From the NCBI GenBank assembly GCA_964057225.1, contig CAXKVF010000078.1, positions 620,001 through 684,000 on the forward strand: DNA of 64,000 bases. The letters are read 5' to 3'. How positions within the stretch are numbered: position 1 is the first letter of the stretch; each line of letters begins with the position of its first letter. Origin of the DNA: Auanema rhodensis. Its lineage: Eukaryota; Animalia; Nematoda. The notes beneath the pieces were generated by a model. The model saw nothing but the letters and a program-made list of their open reading frames with translations. It did no database searches and had not been told where the DNA came from. Positions 40,932 through 57,100 of this stretch are shown here, piece after piece. Both the position numbers and the translations under genes were made by a program.

Positions 40932-43900
40932 ACCAAGTGCACATCACGTGTACATTTAATTAGCATAAATTAAAGTTCACGTAAATTTCAAAGTCATGGT
41001 TACCATGAAGCAATATCGATAAAAATTTGTTTTTAGACTAATATGGACATGGGGAATCTAATTTTGAAAACCGCATCTCTTTATCTTTCACGTGAAGCGA
41101 GTTACATACCAAGTGCACATCACGTGTACATTTAATTAGCATAAATTAAAGTTCACGTAAATTTCAAAGTCATGGTTACCATGAACCAATATCAATAAAA
41201 ATTTGTTTTTAGACTAATATGGACATGGGGAATCTAATTTTGAAAACCGCATCTCTTTATCTTTCACGTGAAGCGAGTTACATACCAAGTGCACATCACG
41301 TGTACATTTAATTAGCATAAATTAAAGTTCACGTAAATTTCAAAGTCATGGTTACCATGAAGCAATATCAATAAAAATTTGTTTTTAGACTAATATGGAC
41401 ATGGGGAATCTAAATTTGAAAACCGCATCTCTTTATCTTTCACGTGAAGCGAGTTACATACCAAGTGCACATCACGTGTACATTTAATTAGCATAAATTA
41501 AAGTTCACGTAAATTTCAAAGTCATGGTTACCATGAACCAATATCAATAAAAATTTGTTTTTAGACTAATATGGACATGGGGAATCTAATTTTGAAAACC
41601 GCATCTCTTAATCTTTCACGTGAAGCGAGTTACATACCAAGTGCACATCACGTGTACATTTAATTAGCATAAATTAAAGTTCACGTAAATTTCAAAGCCA
41701 TGGTTACCATGAACCAATATCAATAAAAATTTGTTTTTAGACTAATATGGACATGGGGAATCTAATTTTGAAAACCGCATCTCTTTATCTTTCTCGTGAA
41801 GCGAGTTACATACCAAGGGCACATCACGTGTACATTTAATTAGCATAAATTAAAGTTCACGTAAATTTCAAAGTCATGGTTACCATGAACCAATATCAAT
41901 AAAAATTTGTTTTTAGACTAATATGGACATGGGGAATCTAATTTTGAAAACCGCATCTCTTAATCTTTCACGTGAAGCGAGTTACATACCAAGTGCACAT
42001 CACGTGTACATTTAATTAGCATGAATTAAAGTTCACGTAAATTTCAAAGTCATGGTTACCATGAACCAATATCAATAAAAATTTGTTTTTAGACTAATAT
42101 GGACATGGGGAATCTAATTTTGAAAACCGCATCTCTTTATCTTTCTCGTGAAGCGAGTTACATACCAAGGGCACATCACGTGTACATTTAATTAGCATAA
42201 ATTAAAGTTCACGTAAATTTCAAAGTCATGGTTACCATGAACCAATATCAATAAAAATTTGTTTTTAGACTAATATGGACATGGGGAATCTAATTTTGAA
42301 AACCGCATTTCTTTATCTTTCACGTGAAGCGAGTTACATACCAAGTGCACATCACGTGTACATTTAATTAGCATAAATTAAAGTTCACGTAAATTTCAAA
42401 GTCATGGTTACCATGCACCAATATCAATAAAAATTTGTTTTTAGACTAATATGGACATGGGGAATCTAATTTTGAAAACCGCATCTCTTTATCTTTCACG
42501 TGAAGCGAGTTACATACCAAGTGCACATCACGTGTACATTTAATTAGCATAAATTAAAGTTCACGTAAATTTCAAAGTCATGGTTACCATGAACCAATAT
42601 CAATAAAAATTTGTTTTTAGACTAATATGGACATGGGGAATCTAATTTTGAAAACCGCATCTCTTAATCTTTCACGTGAAGCGAGTTACATACCAAGTGC
42701 ACATCACGTGTACATTTAATTAGCATGAATTAAAGTTCACGTAAATTTCAAAGTCATGGTTACCATGAACCAATATCAATAAAAATTTGTTTTTAGACTA
42801 ATATGGACATGGGGAATCTAATTTTGAAAACCGCATCTCTTTATCTTTCACGTGAAGCGAGTTACATACCAAGTGCACATCACGTGTACATTTAATTAGC
42901 ATAAATTAAAGTTCACGTAAATTTCAAAGTCATGGTTACCATGAACCAATATCAATAAAAATTTGTTTTTAGACTAATATGGACATGGGGAATCTAATTT
43001 TGAAAACCGCATCTCTTTATCTTTCACGTGAAGCGAGTTACATACCAAGTGCACATCACGTGTACATTTAATTAGCATAAATTAAAGTTCACGTAAATTT
43101 CAAAGTCATGGTTACCATGAACCAATATCAATAAAAATTTGTTTTTAGACTAATATGGACATGGGGAATCTAATTTTGAAAACCGCATCTCTTTATCTTT
43201 CACGTGAAGCGAGTTACATACCAAGTGCACATCACGTGTACATTTAATTAGCATAAATTAAAGTTCACGTAAATTTCAAAGTCATGGTTACCATGCACCA
43301 ATATCAATAAAAATTTGTTTTTAGACTAATATGGACATGGGGAATCTAATTTTGAAAACCGCATCTCTTTATCTTTCACGTGAAGCGAGTTACATACCAA
43401 GTGCACATCACGTGTACATTTAATTAGCATAAATTAAAGTTCACGTAAATTTCAAAGTCATGGTTACCATGAACCAATATCAATAAAAATTTGTTTTTAG
43501 ACTAATATGGACATGATGAATCTAATTTTGAAAACCGCATCTCTTTATCTTTCACGTGAAGCGAGTTACATACCAAGTGCACATCACGTGTACATTTAAT
43601 TAGCATAAATTAAAGTTCACGTAAATTTCAAAGTCATGGTTACCATGAACCAATATCAATAAAAATTTGTTTTTAGACTAATATGGACATGGGGAATCTA
43701 ATTTTGAAAACCGCATTTCTTTATCTTTCACGTGAAGCGAGTTACATACCAAGTGCACATCACGTGTACATTTAATTAGCATAAATTAAAGTTCACGTAA
43801 ATTTCAAAGTCATGGTTACCATGCACCAATATCAATAAAAATTTGTTTTTAGACTAATATGGACATGGGGAATCTAATTTTGAAAACCGCATCTCTTTAT

Positions 43901-46900
43901 CTTTCACGTGAAGCGAGTTACATACCAAGTGCACATCACGTGTACATTTAATTAGCATAAATTAAATTTCACGTAAATTTCAAAGTCATGGTTACCATGA
44001 AGCAATATCAATAAAAATGTGTTTTTAGACTAATATGGACATGGGGAATCTAATTTTGAAAACCGCATCTCTTTATCTCTCACGTGAAGCGAGTTACATA
44101 CCAAGTGCACATCACGTGTACATTTAATTAGCATAAATTAAAGTTCACGTAAATTTCAAAGTCATGGTTACCATGAACCAATATCAATAAAAATTTGTTT
44201 TTAGACTAATATGGACATGGGGAATCTAATTTTGAAAACCGCATCTCTTTATCTTTCACGTGAAGCGAGTTACATACCAAGTGCACATCACGTGTACATT
44301 TAATTAGCATAAATTAAAGTTCACGTAAATTTCAAAGTCATGGTTACCATGAACCAATATCAATAAAAATTTGTTTTTAGACTAATATGGACATGGGGAA
44401 TCTAATTTTGAAAACCGCATCTCTTTATCTTTCACGTGAAGCGAGTTACATACCAAGTGCACATCACGTGTACATTTAATTAGCATAAATTAAAGTTCAC
44501 GTAAATTTCAAAGCCATGGTTACCATGAACCAATATCAATAAAAATTTGTTTTTAGACTAATATGGACATGGGGAATCTAATTTTGAAAACCGCATCTCT
44601 TTATCTTTCACGTGAAGCGAGTTACATACCAAGTGCACATCACGTGTACATTTAATTAGCATAAATTAAAGTTCACGTAAATTTCAAAGTCATGGTTACC
44701 ATGAACCAATATCAATAAAAATTTGTTTTTAGACTAATATGGACATGGGGAATCTAATTTTGAAAACCGCATCTCTTTATCTTTCACGTGAAGCGAGTTA
44801 CATACCAAGTGCACATCACGTGTACATTTAATTAGCATAAATTAAAGTTCACGTAAATTTCAAAGTCATGGTTACCATGAACCAATATCAATAAAAATTT
44901 GTTTTTAGACTAATATGGACATGGGGAATCTAATTTTGAAAACCGCATCTCTTTATCTTTCACGTGAAGCGAGTTACATACCAAGTGCACATCACGTGTA
45001 CATTTAATTAGCATAAATTAAAGTTCACGTAAATTTCAAAGTCATGGTTACCATGAACCAATATCAATAAAAATTTGTTTTTAGACTAATATGGACATGG
45101 GGAATCTAATTTTGAAAACCGCATCTCTTTATCTTTCACGTGAAGCGAGTTACATACCAAGTGCACATCACGTGTACATTTAATTAGCATAAATTAAAGT
45201 TCACGTAAATTTCAAAGTCATGGTTACCATGAACCAATATCAATAAAAATTTGTTTTTAGACTAATATGGACATGGGGAATCTAATTTTGAAAACCGCAT
45301 CTCTTTATCTTTCACGTGAAGCGAGTTACATACCAAGTGCACATCACGTGTACATTTAATTAGCATAAATTAAAGTTCACGTAAATTTCAAAGCCATGGT
45401 TACCATGAACCAATATCAATAAAAATTTGTTTTTAGACTAATATGGACATGGGGAATCTAATTTTGAAAACCGCATCTCTTTATCTTTCACGTGAAGCGA
45501 GTTACATACCAAGTGCACATCACGTGTACATTTAATTAGCATAAATTAAAGTTCACGTAAATTTCAAAGTCATGGTTACCATGAACCAATATCAATAAAA
45601 ATTTGTTTTTAGACTAATATGGACATGGGGAATCTAATTTTGAAAACCGCATCTCTTTATCTTTCACGTGAAGCGAGTTACATACCAAGTGCACATCACG
45701 TGTACATTTAATTAGCATAAATTAAAGTTCACGTAAATTTCAAAGTCATGGTTACCATGAACCAATATCAATAAAAATTTGTTTTTAGACTAATATGGAC
45801 ATGGGGAATCTAATTTTGAAAACCGCATCTCTTTATCTTTCACGTGAAGCGAGTTACATACCAAGTGCACATCACGTGTACATTTAATTAGCATAAATTA
45901 AAGTTCACGTAAATTTCAAAGTCATGGTTACCATGAACCAATATCAATAAAAATTTGTTTTTAGACTAATATGGACATGGGGAATCTAATTTTGAAAACC
46001 GCATCTCTTTATCTTTCACGTGAAGCGAGTTACATACCAAGTGCACATCACGTGTACATTTAATTAGCATAAATTAAAGTTCACGTAAATTTCAAAGTCA
46101 TGGTTACCATGAACCAATATCAATAAAAATTTGTTTTTAGACTAATATGGACATGGGGAATCTAATTTTGAAAACCGCATCTCTTTATCTTTCACGTGAA
46201 GCGAGTTACATACCAAGTGCACATCACGTGTTCATTTAATTAGCATAAATTAAAGTTCACGTAAATTTCAAAGTCATGGTTACCATGAAGCAATATCAAT
46301 AAAAATTTGTTTTTAGACTAATATGGACATGGGGAATCTAATTTTGAAAACCGCATCTCTTTATCTTTTACGTGAAGCGAGTTACATACCAAGTGCACAT
46401 CACGTGTACATTTAATTAGCATAAATTAAAGTTCACGTAAATTTCAAAGTCATGGTTACCATGAACCAATATCAATAAAAATTTGTTTTTAGACTAATAT
46501 GGACATGGGGAATCTAATTTTGAAAACCGCATTTCTTTATCTTTCACGTGAAGCGAGTTACATACCAAGTGCACATCACGTGTACATTTAATTAGCATAA
46601 ATTAAAGTTCACGTAAATTTCAAAGTCATGGTTACCATGAACCAATATCAATAAAAATTTGTTTTTAGACTAATATGGACATGGGGAATCTAATTTGAAA
46701 ACCGCATCTCTTTATCTCTCACGTGAAGCGAGTTACATACCAAGTGCACATCACGTGTACATTTAATTAGCATAAATTAAAGTTCATGTAAATTTCAAAG
46801 TCATGGTTACCATGAACCAATATCAATAAAAATTTGTTTTTAGACTAATATGGACATGGGGAATCTAATTTTGAAAACCGCATCTCTTTATCTTTCACGT

Positions 46901-49900
46901 GAAGCGAGTTACATACCAAGTGCACATCACGTGTACATTTAATTAGCATAAATTAAAGTTCACGTAAATTTCAAAGTCATGGTTACCATGAACCAATATC
47001 AATAAAAATTTGTTTTTAGACTAATATGGACATGGGGAATCTAATTTTGAAAACCGCATCTCTTTATCTTTCACGTGAAGCGAGTTACATACCAAGTGCA
47101 CATCACGTGTACATTTAATTAGCATAAATTAAAGTTCACGTAAATTTCAAAGTCATGGTTACCATGAACCAATATCAATAAAAATTTGTTTTTAGACTAA
47201 TATGGACATGGGGAATCTAATTTTGAAAACCGCATCTCTTTATCTTTCACGTGAAGCGAGTTACATACCAAGTGCACATCACGTGTACATTTAATTAGCA
47301 TAAATTAAAGTTCACGTAAATTTCAAAGTCATGGTTACCATGAACCAATATCAATAAAAATTTGTTTTTAGACTAATATGGACATGGGGAATCTAATTTT
47401 GAAAACCGCATCTCTTTATCTTTCACGTGAAGCGAGTTACATACCAAGTGCACATCACGTGTACATTTAATTAGCATAAATTAAAGTTCACGTAAATTTC
47501 AAAGTCATGGTTACCATGAACCAATATCAATAAAAATTTGTTTTTAGACTAATATGGACATGGGGAATCTAATTTTGAAAACCGCATCTCTTTATCTTTC
47601 ACGTGAAGCGAGTTACATACCAAGTGCACATCACGTGTACATTTAATTAGCATAAATTAAAGTTCACGTAAATTTCAAAGTCATGGTTACCATGAAGCAA
47701 TATCAATAAAAATTTGTTTTTAGACTAATATGGACATGGGGAATCTAATTTTGAAAACCGCATCTCTTTATCTTTCACGTGAAGCGAGTTACATACCAAG
47801 TGCACATCACGTGTACATTTAATTAGCATAAATTAAAGTTCACGTAAATTTCAAAGTCATGGTTACCATGAACCAATATCAATAAAAATTTGTTTTTAGA
47901 CTAATATGGACATGGGGAATCTAATTTTGAAACCGCATTTCTTTATCTTTCACGTGAAGCGAGTTACATACCAAGTGCACATCACGTGTACATTTAATTA
48001 GCATAAATTAAAGTTCACGTAAATTTCAAAGTCATGGTTACCATGAACCAATATCAATAAAAATTTGTTTTTAGACTAATATGGACATGGGGAATCTAAT
48101 TTTGAAAACCGCATCTCTTTATCTTTCACGTGAAGCGAGTTACATACCAAGTGCACATCACGTGTTCATTTAATTAGCATAAATTAAAGTTCACGTAAAT
48201 TTCAAAGTCATGGTTACCATGAAGCAATATCAATAAAAATTTGTTTTTAGACTAATATGGACATGGGGAATCTAATTTTGAAAACCGCATCTCTTTATCT
48301 TTCACGTGAAGCGAGTTACATACCAAGTGCACATCACGTGTTCATTTAATTAGCATAAATTAAAGTTCACGTAAATTTCAAAGTCATGGTTACCATGAAG
48401 CAATATCAATAAAAATTTGTTTTTAGACTAATATGGACATGGGGAATCTAATTTTGAAAACCGCATCTCTTTATCTTTCACGTGAAGCGAGTTACATACC
48501 AAGTGCACATCACGTGTACATTTAATTAGCATAAATTAAAGTTCACGTAAATTTCAAAGTCATGGTTACCATGAACCAATATCAATAAAAATTTGTTTTT
48601 AGACTAATATGGACATGGGGAATCTAATTTTGAAAACCGCATTTCTTTATCTTTCACGTGAAGCGAGTTACATACCAAGTGCACATCACGTGTACATTTA
48701 ATTAGCATAAATTAAAGTTCACGTAAATTTCAAAGTCATGGTTACCATGAAGCAATATCAATAAAAATGTGTTTTTAGACTAATATGGACATGGGGAATC
48801 TAATTTTGAAAACCGCATCTCTTTATCTCTCACGTGAAGCGAGTTACATACCAAGTGCACATCACGTGTACATTTAATTAGCATAAATTAAAGTTCACGT
48901 AAATTTCAAAGTCATGGTTACCATGAACCAATATCAATAAAAATTTGTTTTTAGACTAATATGGACATGGGGAATCTAATTTTGAAAACCGCATCTCTTT
49001 ATCTTTCACGTGAAGCGAGTTACATACCAAGTGCACATCACGTGTACATTTAATTAGCATAAATTAAAGTTCACGTAAATTTCAAAGTCATGGTTACCAT
49101 GAACCAATATCAATAAAAATTTGTTTTTAGACTAATATGGACATGGGGAATCTAATTTTGAAAACCGCATCTCTTTATCTTTCACGTGAAGCGAGTTACA
49201 TACCAAGTGCACATCACGTGTACATTTAATTAGCATAAATTAAAGTTCACGTAAATTTCAAAGCATGGTTACCATGAACCAATATCAATAAAAATTTGTT
49301 TTTAGACTAATATGGACATGGGGAATCTAATTTTGAAAACCGCATCTCTTTATCTTTCACGTGAAGCGAGTTACATACCAAGTGCACATCACGTGTACAT
49401 TTAATTAGCATAAATTAAAGTTCACGTAAATTTCAAAGTCATGGTTACCATGAACCAATATCAATAAAAATTTGTTTTTAGACTAATATGGACATGGGGA
49501 ATCTAATTTTGAAAACCGCATCTCTTTATCTTTCACGTGAAGCGAGTTACATACCAAGTGCACATCACGTGTACATTTAATTAGCATAAATTAAAGTTCA
49601 CGTAAATTTCAAAGTCATGGTTACCATGAACCAATATCAATAAAAATTTGTTTTTAGACTAATATGGACATGGGAATCTAATTTTGAAAACCGCATCTCT
49701 TTATCTTTCACGTGAAGCGAGTTACATACCAAGTGCACATCACGTGTACATTTAATTAGCATAAATTAAAGTTCACGTAAATTTCAAAGTCATGGTTACC
49801 ATGAAGCAATATCAATAAAAATTTGTTTTTAGACTAATATGGACATGGGGAATCTAATTTTGAAAACCGCATCTCTTTATCTTTCACGTGAAGCGAGTTA

Positions 49901-51134
49901 CATACCAAGTGCACATCACGTGTACATTTAATTAGCATAAATTAAAGTTCACGTAAATTTCAAAGTCATGGTTACCATGAACCAATATCAATAAAAATTT
50001 GTTTTTAGACTAATATGGACATGGGGAATCTAATTTGAAAACCGCATTTCTTTATCTTTCACGTGAAGCGAGTTACATACCAAGTGCACATCACGTGTAC
50101 ATTTAATTAGCATAAATTAAAGTTCACGTAAATTTCAAAGTCATGGTTACCATGAACCAATATCAATAAAAATTTGTTTTTAGACTAATATGGACATGGG
50201 GAATCTAATTTTGAAAACCGCATCTCTTTATCTTTCACGTGAAGCGAGTTACATACCAAGTGCACATCACGTGTACATTTAATTAGCATAAATTAAAGTT
50301 CACGTAAATTTCAAAGTCATGGTTACCATGAACCAATATCAATAAAAATTTGTTTTTAGACTAATATGGACATGGGGAATCTAATTTTGAAAACCGCATC
50401 TCTTTATCTTTCACGTGAAGCGAGTTACATACCAAGTGCACATCACGTGTACATTTAATTAGCATAAATTAAAGTTCACGTAAATTTCAAAGTCATGGTT
50501 ACCATGAACCAATATCAATAAAAATTTGTTTTTAGACTAATATGGACATGGGGAATCTAATTTTGAAAACCGCATCTCTTTATCTTTCACGTGAAGCGAG
50601 TTACATACCAAGTGCACATCACGTGTACATTTAATTAGCATAAATTAAAGTTCACGTAAATTTCAAAGTCATGGTTACCATGAACCAATATCAATAAAAA
50701 TTTGTTTTTAGACTAATATGGACATGGGGAATCTAATTTTGAAAACCGCATCTCTTTATCTTTCACGTGAAGCGAGTTACATACCAAGTGCACATCACGT
50801 GTACATTTAATTAGCATAAATTAAAGTTCACGTAAATTTCAAAGTCATGGTTACCATGAACCAATATCAATAAAAATTTGTTTTTAGACTAATATGGACA
50901 TGGGGAATCTAATTTTGAAAACCGCATCTCTTTATCTTTCACGTGAAGCGAGTTACATACCAAGTGCACATCACGTGTACATTTAATTAGCATAAATTAA
51001 AGTTCACGTAAATTTCAAAGTCATGGTTACCATGAACCAATATCAATAAAAATTTGTTTTTAGACTAATATGGACATGGGGAATCTAATTTTGAAAACCG
51101 CATCTCTTTATCTTTCACGTGAAGCGAGTTACAT

Positions 51135-54100
51135 ACCAAGTGCACATCACGTGTTCATTTAATTAGCATAAATTAAAGTTCACGTAAATTTCAAAGTCAT
51201 GGTTACCATGAAGCAATATCAATAAAAATTTGTTTTTAGACTAATATGGACATGGGGAATCTAATTTTGAAAACCGCATCTCTTTATCTTTCACGTGAAG
51301 CGAGTTACATACCAAGTGCACATCACGTGTACATTTAATTAGCATAAATTAAAGTTCACGTAAATTTCAAAGTCATGGTTACCATGAACCAATATCAATA
51401 AAAATTTGTTTTTAGACTAATATGGACATGGGGAATCTAATTTTGAAAACCGCATTTCTTTATCTTTCACGTGAAGCGAGTTACATACCAAGTGCACATC
51501 ACGTGTACATTTAATTAGCATAAATTAAAGTTCACGTAAATTTCAAAGTCATGGTTACCATGAACCAATATCAATAAAAATTTGTTTTTAGACTAATATG
51601 GACATGGGGAATCTAATTTTGAAAACCGCATCTCTTTATCTTTCACGTGAAGCGAGTTACATACCAAGTGCACATCACGTGTACATTTAATTAGCATAAA
51701 TTAAAGTTCACGTAAATTTCAAAGTCATGGTTACCATGAACCAATATCAATAAAAATTTGTTTTTAGACTAATATGGACATGGGGAATCTAATTTTGAAA
51801 ACCGCATTTCTTTATCTTTCACGTGAAGCGAGTTACATACCAAGTGCACATCACGTGTACATTTAATTAGCATAAATTAAAGTTCACGTAAATTTCAAAG
51901 TCATGGTTACCATGCACCAATATCAATAAAAATTTGTTTTTAGACTAATATGGACATGGGGAATCTAATTTTGAAAACCGCATCTCTTTATCTTTCACGT
52001 GAAGCGAGTTACATACCAAGTGCACATCACGTGTACATTTAATTAGCATAAATTAAAGTTCACGTAAATTTTAAAGTCATGGTTACCATGAACCAATATC
52101 AATAAAAATTTGTTTTTAGACTAATATGGACATGGGGAATCTAATTTTGAAAACCGCATCTCTTTATCTTTCACGTGAAGCGAGTTACATACCAAGTGCA
52201 CATCACGTGTACATTTAATTAGCATAAATTAAAGTTCACGTAAATTTCAAAGTCATGGTTACCATGAACTAATATCAATAAAAATTTGTTTTTAGACTAA
52301 TATGGACATGGAGAATCTAATTTTGAAAACCGCATCTCTTTATCTTTCACGTGAAGCGAGTTACATACCAAGTGCACATCACGTGTACATTTAATTAGCA
52401 TAAATTAAAGTTCACGTAAATTTTAAAGTCATGGTTACCATGAACCAATATCAATAAAAATTTGTTTTTAGACTAATATGGACATGGGGAATCTAATTTT
52501 GAAAACCGCATCTCTTTATCTTTCACGTGAAGCGAGTTACATACCAAGTGCACATCACGTGTACATTTAATTAGCATAAATTAAAGTTCACGTAAATTTC
52601 AAAGTCATGGTTACCATGAACCAATATCAATAAAAATTTGTTTTTAGACTAATATGGACATGGGGAATCTAATTTTGAAAACCGCATCTCTTTATCTTTC
52701 ACGTGAAGCGAGTTACATACCAAGTGCACATCACGTGTTCATTTAATTAGCATAAATTAAAGTTCACGTAAATTTCAAAGTCATGGTTACCATGAAGCAA
52801 TATCAATAAAAATTTGTTTTTAGACTAATATGGACATGGGGAATCTAATTTTGAAAACCGCATCTCTTTATCTTTCACGTGAAGCGAGTTACATACCAAG
52901 TGCACATCACGTGTACATTTAATTAGCATAAATTAAAGTTCACGTAAATTTCAAAGTCATGGTTACCATGAACCAATATCAATAAAAATTTGTTTTTAGA
53001 CTAATATGGACATGGGGAATCTAATTTTGAAAACCGCATTTCTTTATCTTTCACGTGAAGCGAGTTACATACCAAGTGCACATCACGTGTACATTTAATT
53101 AGCATAAATTAAAGTTCACGTAAATTTCAAAGTCATGGTTACCATGAACCAATATCAATAAAAATTTGTTTTTAGACTAATATGGACATGGGGAATCTAA
53201 TTTTGAAAACCGCATCTCTTTATCTTTCACGTGAAGCGAGTTACATACCAAGTGCACATCACGTGTACATTTAATTAGCATAAATTAAAGTTCACGTAAA
53301 TTTCAAAGTCATGGTTACCATGAACCAATATCAATAAAAATTTGTTTTTAGACTAATATGGACATGGGGAATCTAATTTTGAAAACCGCATCTCTTTATC
53401 TTTCACGTGAAGCGAGTTACATACCAAGTGCACATCACGTGTTCATTTAATTAGCATAAATTAAAGTTCACGTAAATTTCAAAGTCATGGTTACCATGAA
53501 GCAATATCAATAAAAATTTGTTTTTAGACTAATATGGACATGGGGAATCTAATTTTGAAAACCGCATCTCTTTATCTTTCACGTGAAGCGAGTTACATAC
53601 CAAGTGCACATCACGTGTACATTTAATTAGCATAAATTAAAGTTCACGTAAATTTCAAAGTCATGGTTACCATGAACCAATATCAATAAAAATTTGTTTT
53701 TAGACTAATATGGACATGGGGAATCTAATTTTGAAAACCGCATTTCTTTATCTTTCACGTGAAGCGAGTTACATACCAAGTGCACATCACGTGTACATTT
53801 AATTAGCATAAATTAAAGTTCACGTAAATTTCAAAGTCATGGTTACCATGAACCAATATCAATAAAAATTTGTTTTTAGACTAATATGGACATGGGGAAT
53901 CTAATTTTGAAAACCGCATCTCTTTATCTTTCACGTGAAGCGAGTTACATACCAAGTGCACATCACGTGTACATTTAATTAGCATAAATTAAAGTTCACG
54001 TAAATTTCAAAGTCATGGTTACCATGAACCAATATCAATAAAAATTTGTTTTTAGACTAATATGGACATGGGGAATCTAATTTTGAAAACCGCATTTCTT

Positions 54101-57100
54101 TATCTTTCACGTGAAGCGAGTTACATACCATGTGCACATCACGTGTACATTTAATTAGCATAAATTAAAGTTCACGTAAATTTCAAAGTCATGGTTACCA
54201 TGCACCAATATCAATAAAAATTTGTTTTTAGACTAATATGGACATGGGGAATCTAATTTTGAAAACCGCATCTCTTTATCTTTCACGTGAAGCGAGTTAC
54301 ATACCAAGTGCACATCACGTGTACATTTAATTAGCATAAATTAAAGTTCACGTAAATTTTAAAGTCATGGTTACCATGAACCAATATCAATAAAAATTTG
54401 TTTTTAGACTAATATGGACATGGGGAATCTAATTTTGAAAACCGCATCTCTTTATCTTTCACGTGAAGCGAGTTACATACCAAGTGCACATCACGTGTAC
54501 ATTTAATTAGCATAAATTAAAGTTCACGTAAATTTCAAAGTCATGGTTACCATGAACTAATATCAATAAAAATTTGTTTTTAGACTAATATGGACATGGA
54601 GAATCTAATTTTGAAAACCGCATCTCTTTATCTTTCACGTGAAGCGAGTTACATACCAAGTGCACATCACGTGTACATTTAATTAGCATAAATTAAAGTT
54701 CACGTAAATTTTAAAGTCATGGTTACCATGAACCAATATCAATAAAAATTTGTTTTTAGACTAATATGGACATGGGGAATCTAATTTTGAAAACCGCATC
54801 TCTTTATCTTTCACGTGAAGCGAGTTACATACCAAGTGCACATCACGTGTACATTTAATTAGCATAAATTAAAGTTCACGTAAATTTCAAAGTCATGGTT
54901 ACCATGAACCAATATCAATAAAAATTTGTTTTTAGACTAATATGGACATGGGGAATCTAATTTTGAAAACCGCATCTCTTTATCTTTCACGTGAAGCGAG
55001 TTACATACCAAGTGCACATCACGTGTTCATTTAATTAGCATAAATTAAAGTTCACGTAAATTTCAAAGTCATGGTTACCATGAAGCAATATCAATAAAAA
55101 TTTGTTTTTAGACTAATATGGACATGGGGAATCTAATTTTGAAAACCGCATCTCTTTATCTTTCACGTGAAGCGAGTTACATACCAAGTGCACATCACGT
55201 GTACATTTAATTAGCATAAATTAAAGTTCACGTAAATTTCAAAGTCATGGTTACCATGAACCAATATCAATAAAAATTTGTTTTTAGACTAATATGGACA
55301 TGGGGAATCTAATTTTGAAAACCGCATTTCTTTATCTTTCACGTGAAGCGAGTTACATACCAAGTGCACATCACGTGTACATTTAATTAGCATAAATTAA
55401 AGTTCACGTAAATTTCAAAGTCATGGTTACCATGAACCAATATCAATAAAAATTTGTTTTTAGACTAATATGGACATGGGGAATCTAATTTTGAAAACCG
55501 CATCTCTTTATCTTTCACGTGAAGCGAGTTACATACCAAGTGCACATCACGTGTACATTTAATTAGCATAAATTAAAGTTCACGTAAATTTCAAAGTCAT
55601 GGTTACCATGAACTAATATCAATAAAAATTTGTTTTTAGACTAATATGGACATGGGGAATCTAATTTTGAAAACCGCATCTCTTTATCTTTCACGTGAAG
55701 CGAGTTACATACCAAGTGCACATCACGTGTTCATTTAATTAGCATAAATTAAAGTTCACGTAAATTTCAAAGTCATGGTTACCATGAAGCAATATCAATA
55801 AAAATTTGTTTTTAGACTAATATGGACATGGGGAATCTAATTTTGAAAACCGCATCTCTTTATCTTTCACGTGAAGCGAGTTACATACCAAGTGCACATC
55901 ACGTGTTCATTTAATTAGCATAAATTAAAGTTCACGTAAATTTCAAAGTCATGGTTACCATGAAGCAATATCAATAAAAATTTGTTTTTAGACTAATATG
56001 GACATGGGGAATCTAATTTTGAAAACCGCATCTCTTTATCTTTCACGTGAAGCGAGTTACATACCAAGTGCACATCACGTGTACATTTAATTAGCATAAA
56101 TTAAAGTTCACGTAAATTTCAAAGTCATGGTTACCATGAACCAATATCAATAAAAATTTGTTTTTAGACTAATATGGACATGGGGAATCTAATTTTGAAA
56201 ACCGCATTTCTTTATCTTTCACGTGAAGCGAGTTACATACCAAGTGCACATCACGTGTACATTTAATTAGCATAAATTAAAGTTCACGTAAATTTCAAAG
56301 TCATGGTTACCATGAACCAATATCAATAAAAATTTGTTTTTAGACTAATATGGACATGGGGAATCTAATTTTGAAAACCGCATCTCTTTATCTTTCACGT
56401 GAAGCGAGTTACATACCAAGTGCACATCACGTGTACATTTAATTAGCATAAATTAAAGTTCACGTAAATTTCAAAGTCATGGTTACCATGAACCAATATC
56501 AATAAAAATTTGTTTTTAGACTAATATGGACATGGGGAATCTAATTTTGAAAACCGCATTTCTTTATCTTTCACGTGAAGCGAGTTACATACCATGTGCA
56601 CATCACGTGTACATTTAATTAGCATAAATTAAAGTTCACGTAAATTTCAAAGTCATGGTTACCATGCACCAATATCAATAAAAATTTGTTTTTAGACTAA
56701 TATGGACATGGGGAATCTAATTTTGAAAACCGCATCTCTTTATCTTTCACGTGAAGCGAGTTACATACCAAGTGCACATCACGTGTACATTTAATTAGCA
56801 TAAATTAAAGTTCACGTAAATTTTAAAGTCATGGTTACCATGAACCAATATCAATAAAAATTTGTTTTTAGACTAATATGGACATGGGGAATCTAATTTT
56901 GAAAACCGCATCTCTTTATCTTTCACGTGAAGCGAGTTACATACCAAGTGCACATCACGTGTACATTTAATTAGCATAAATTAAAGTTCACGTAAATTTC
57001 AAAGTCATGGTTACCATGAACTAATATCAATAAAAATTTGTTTTTAGACTAATATGGACATGGAGAATCTAATTTTGAAAACCGCATCTCTTTATCTTTC

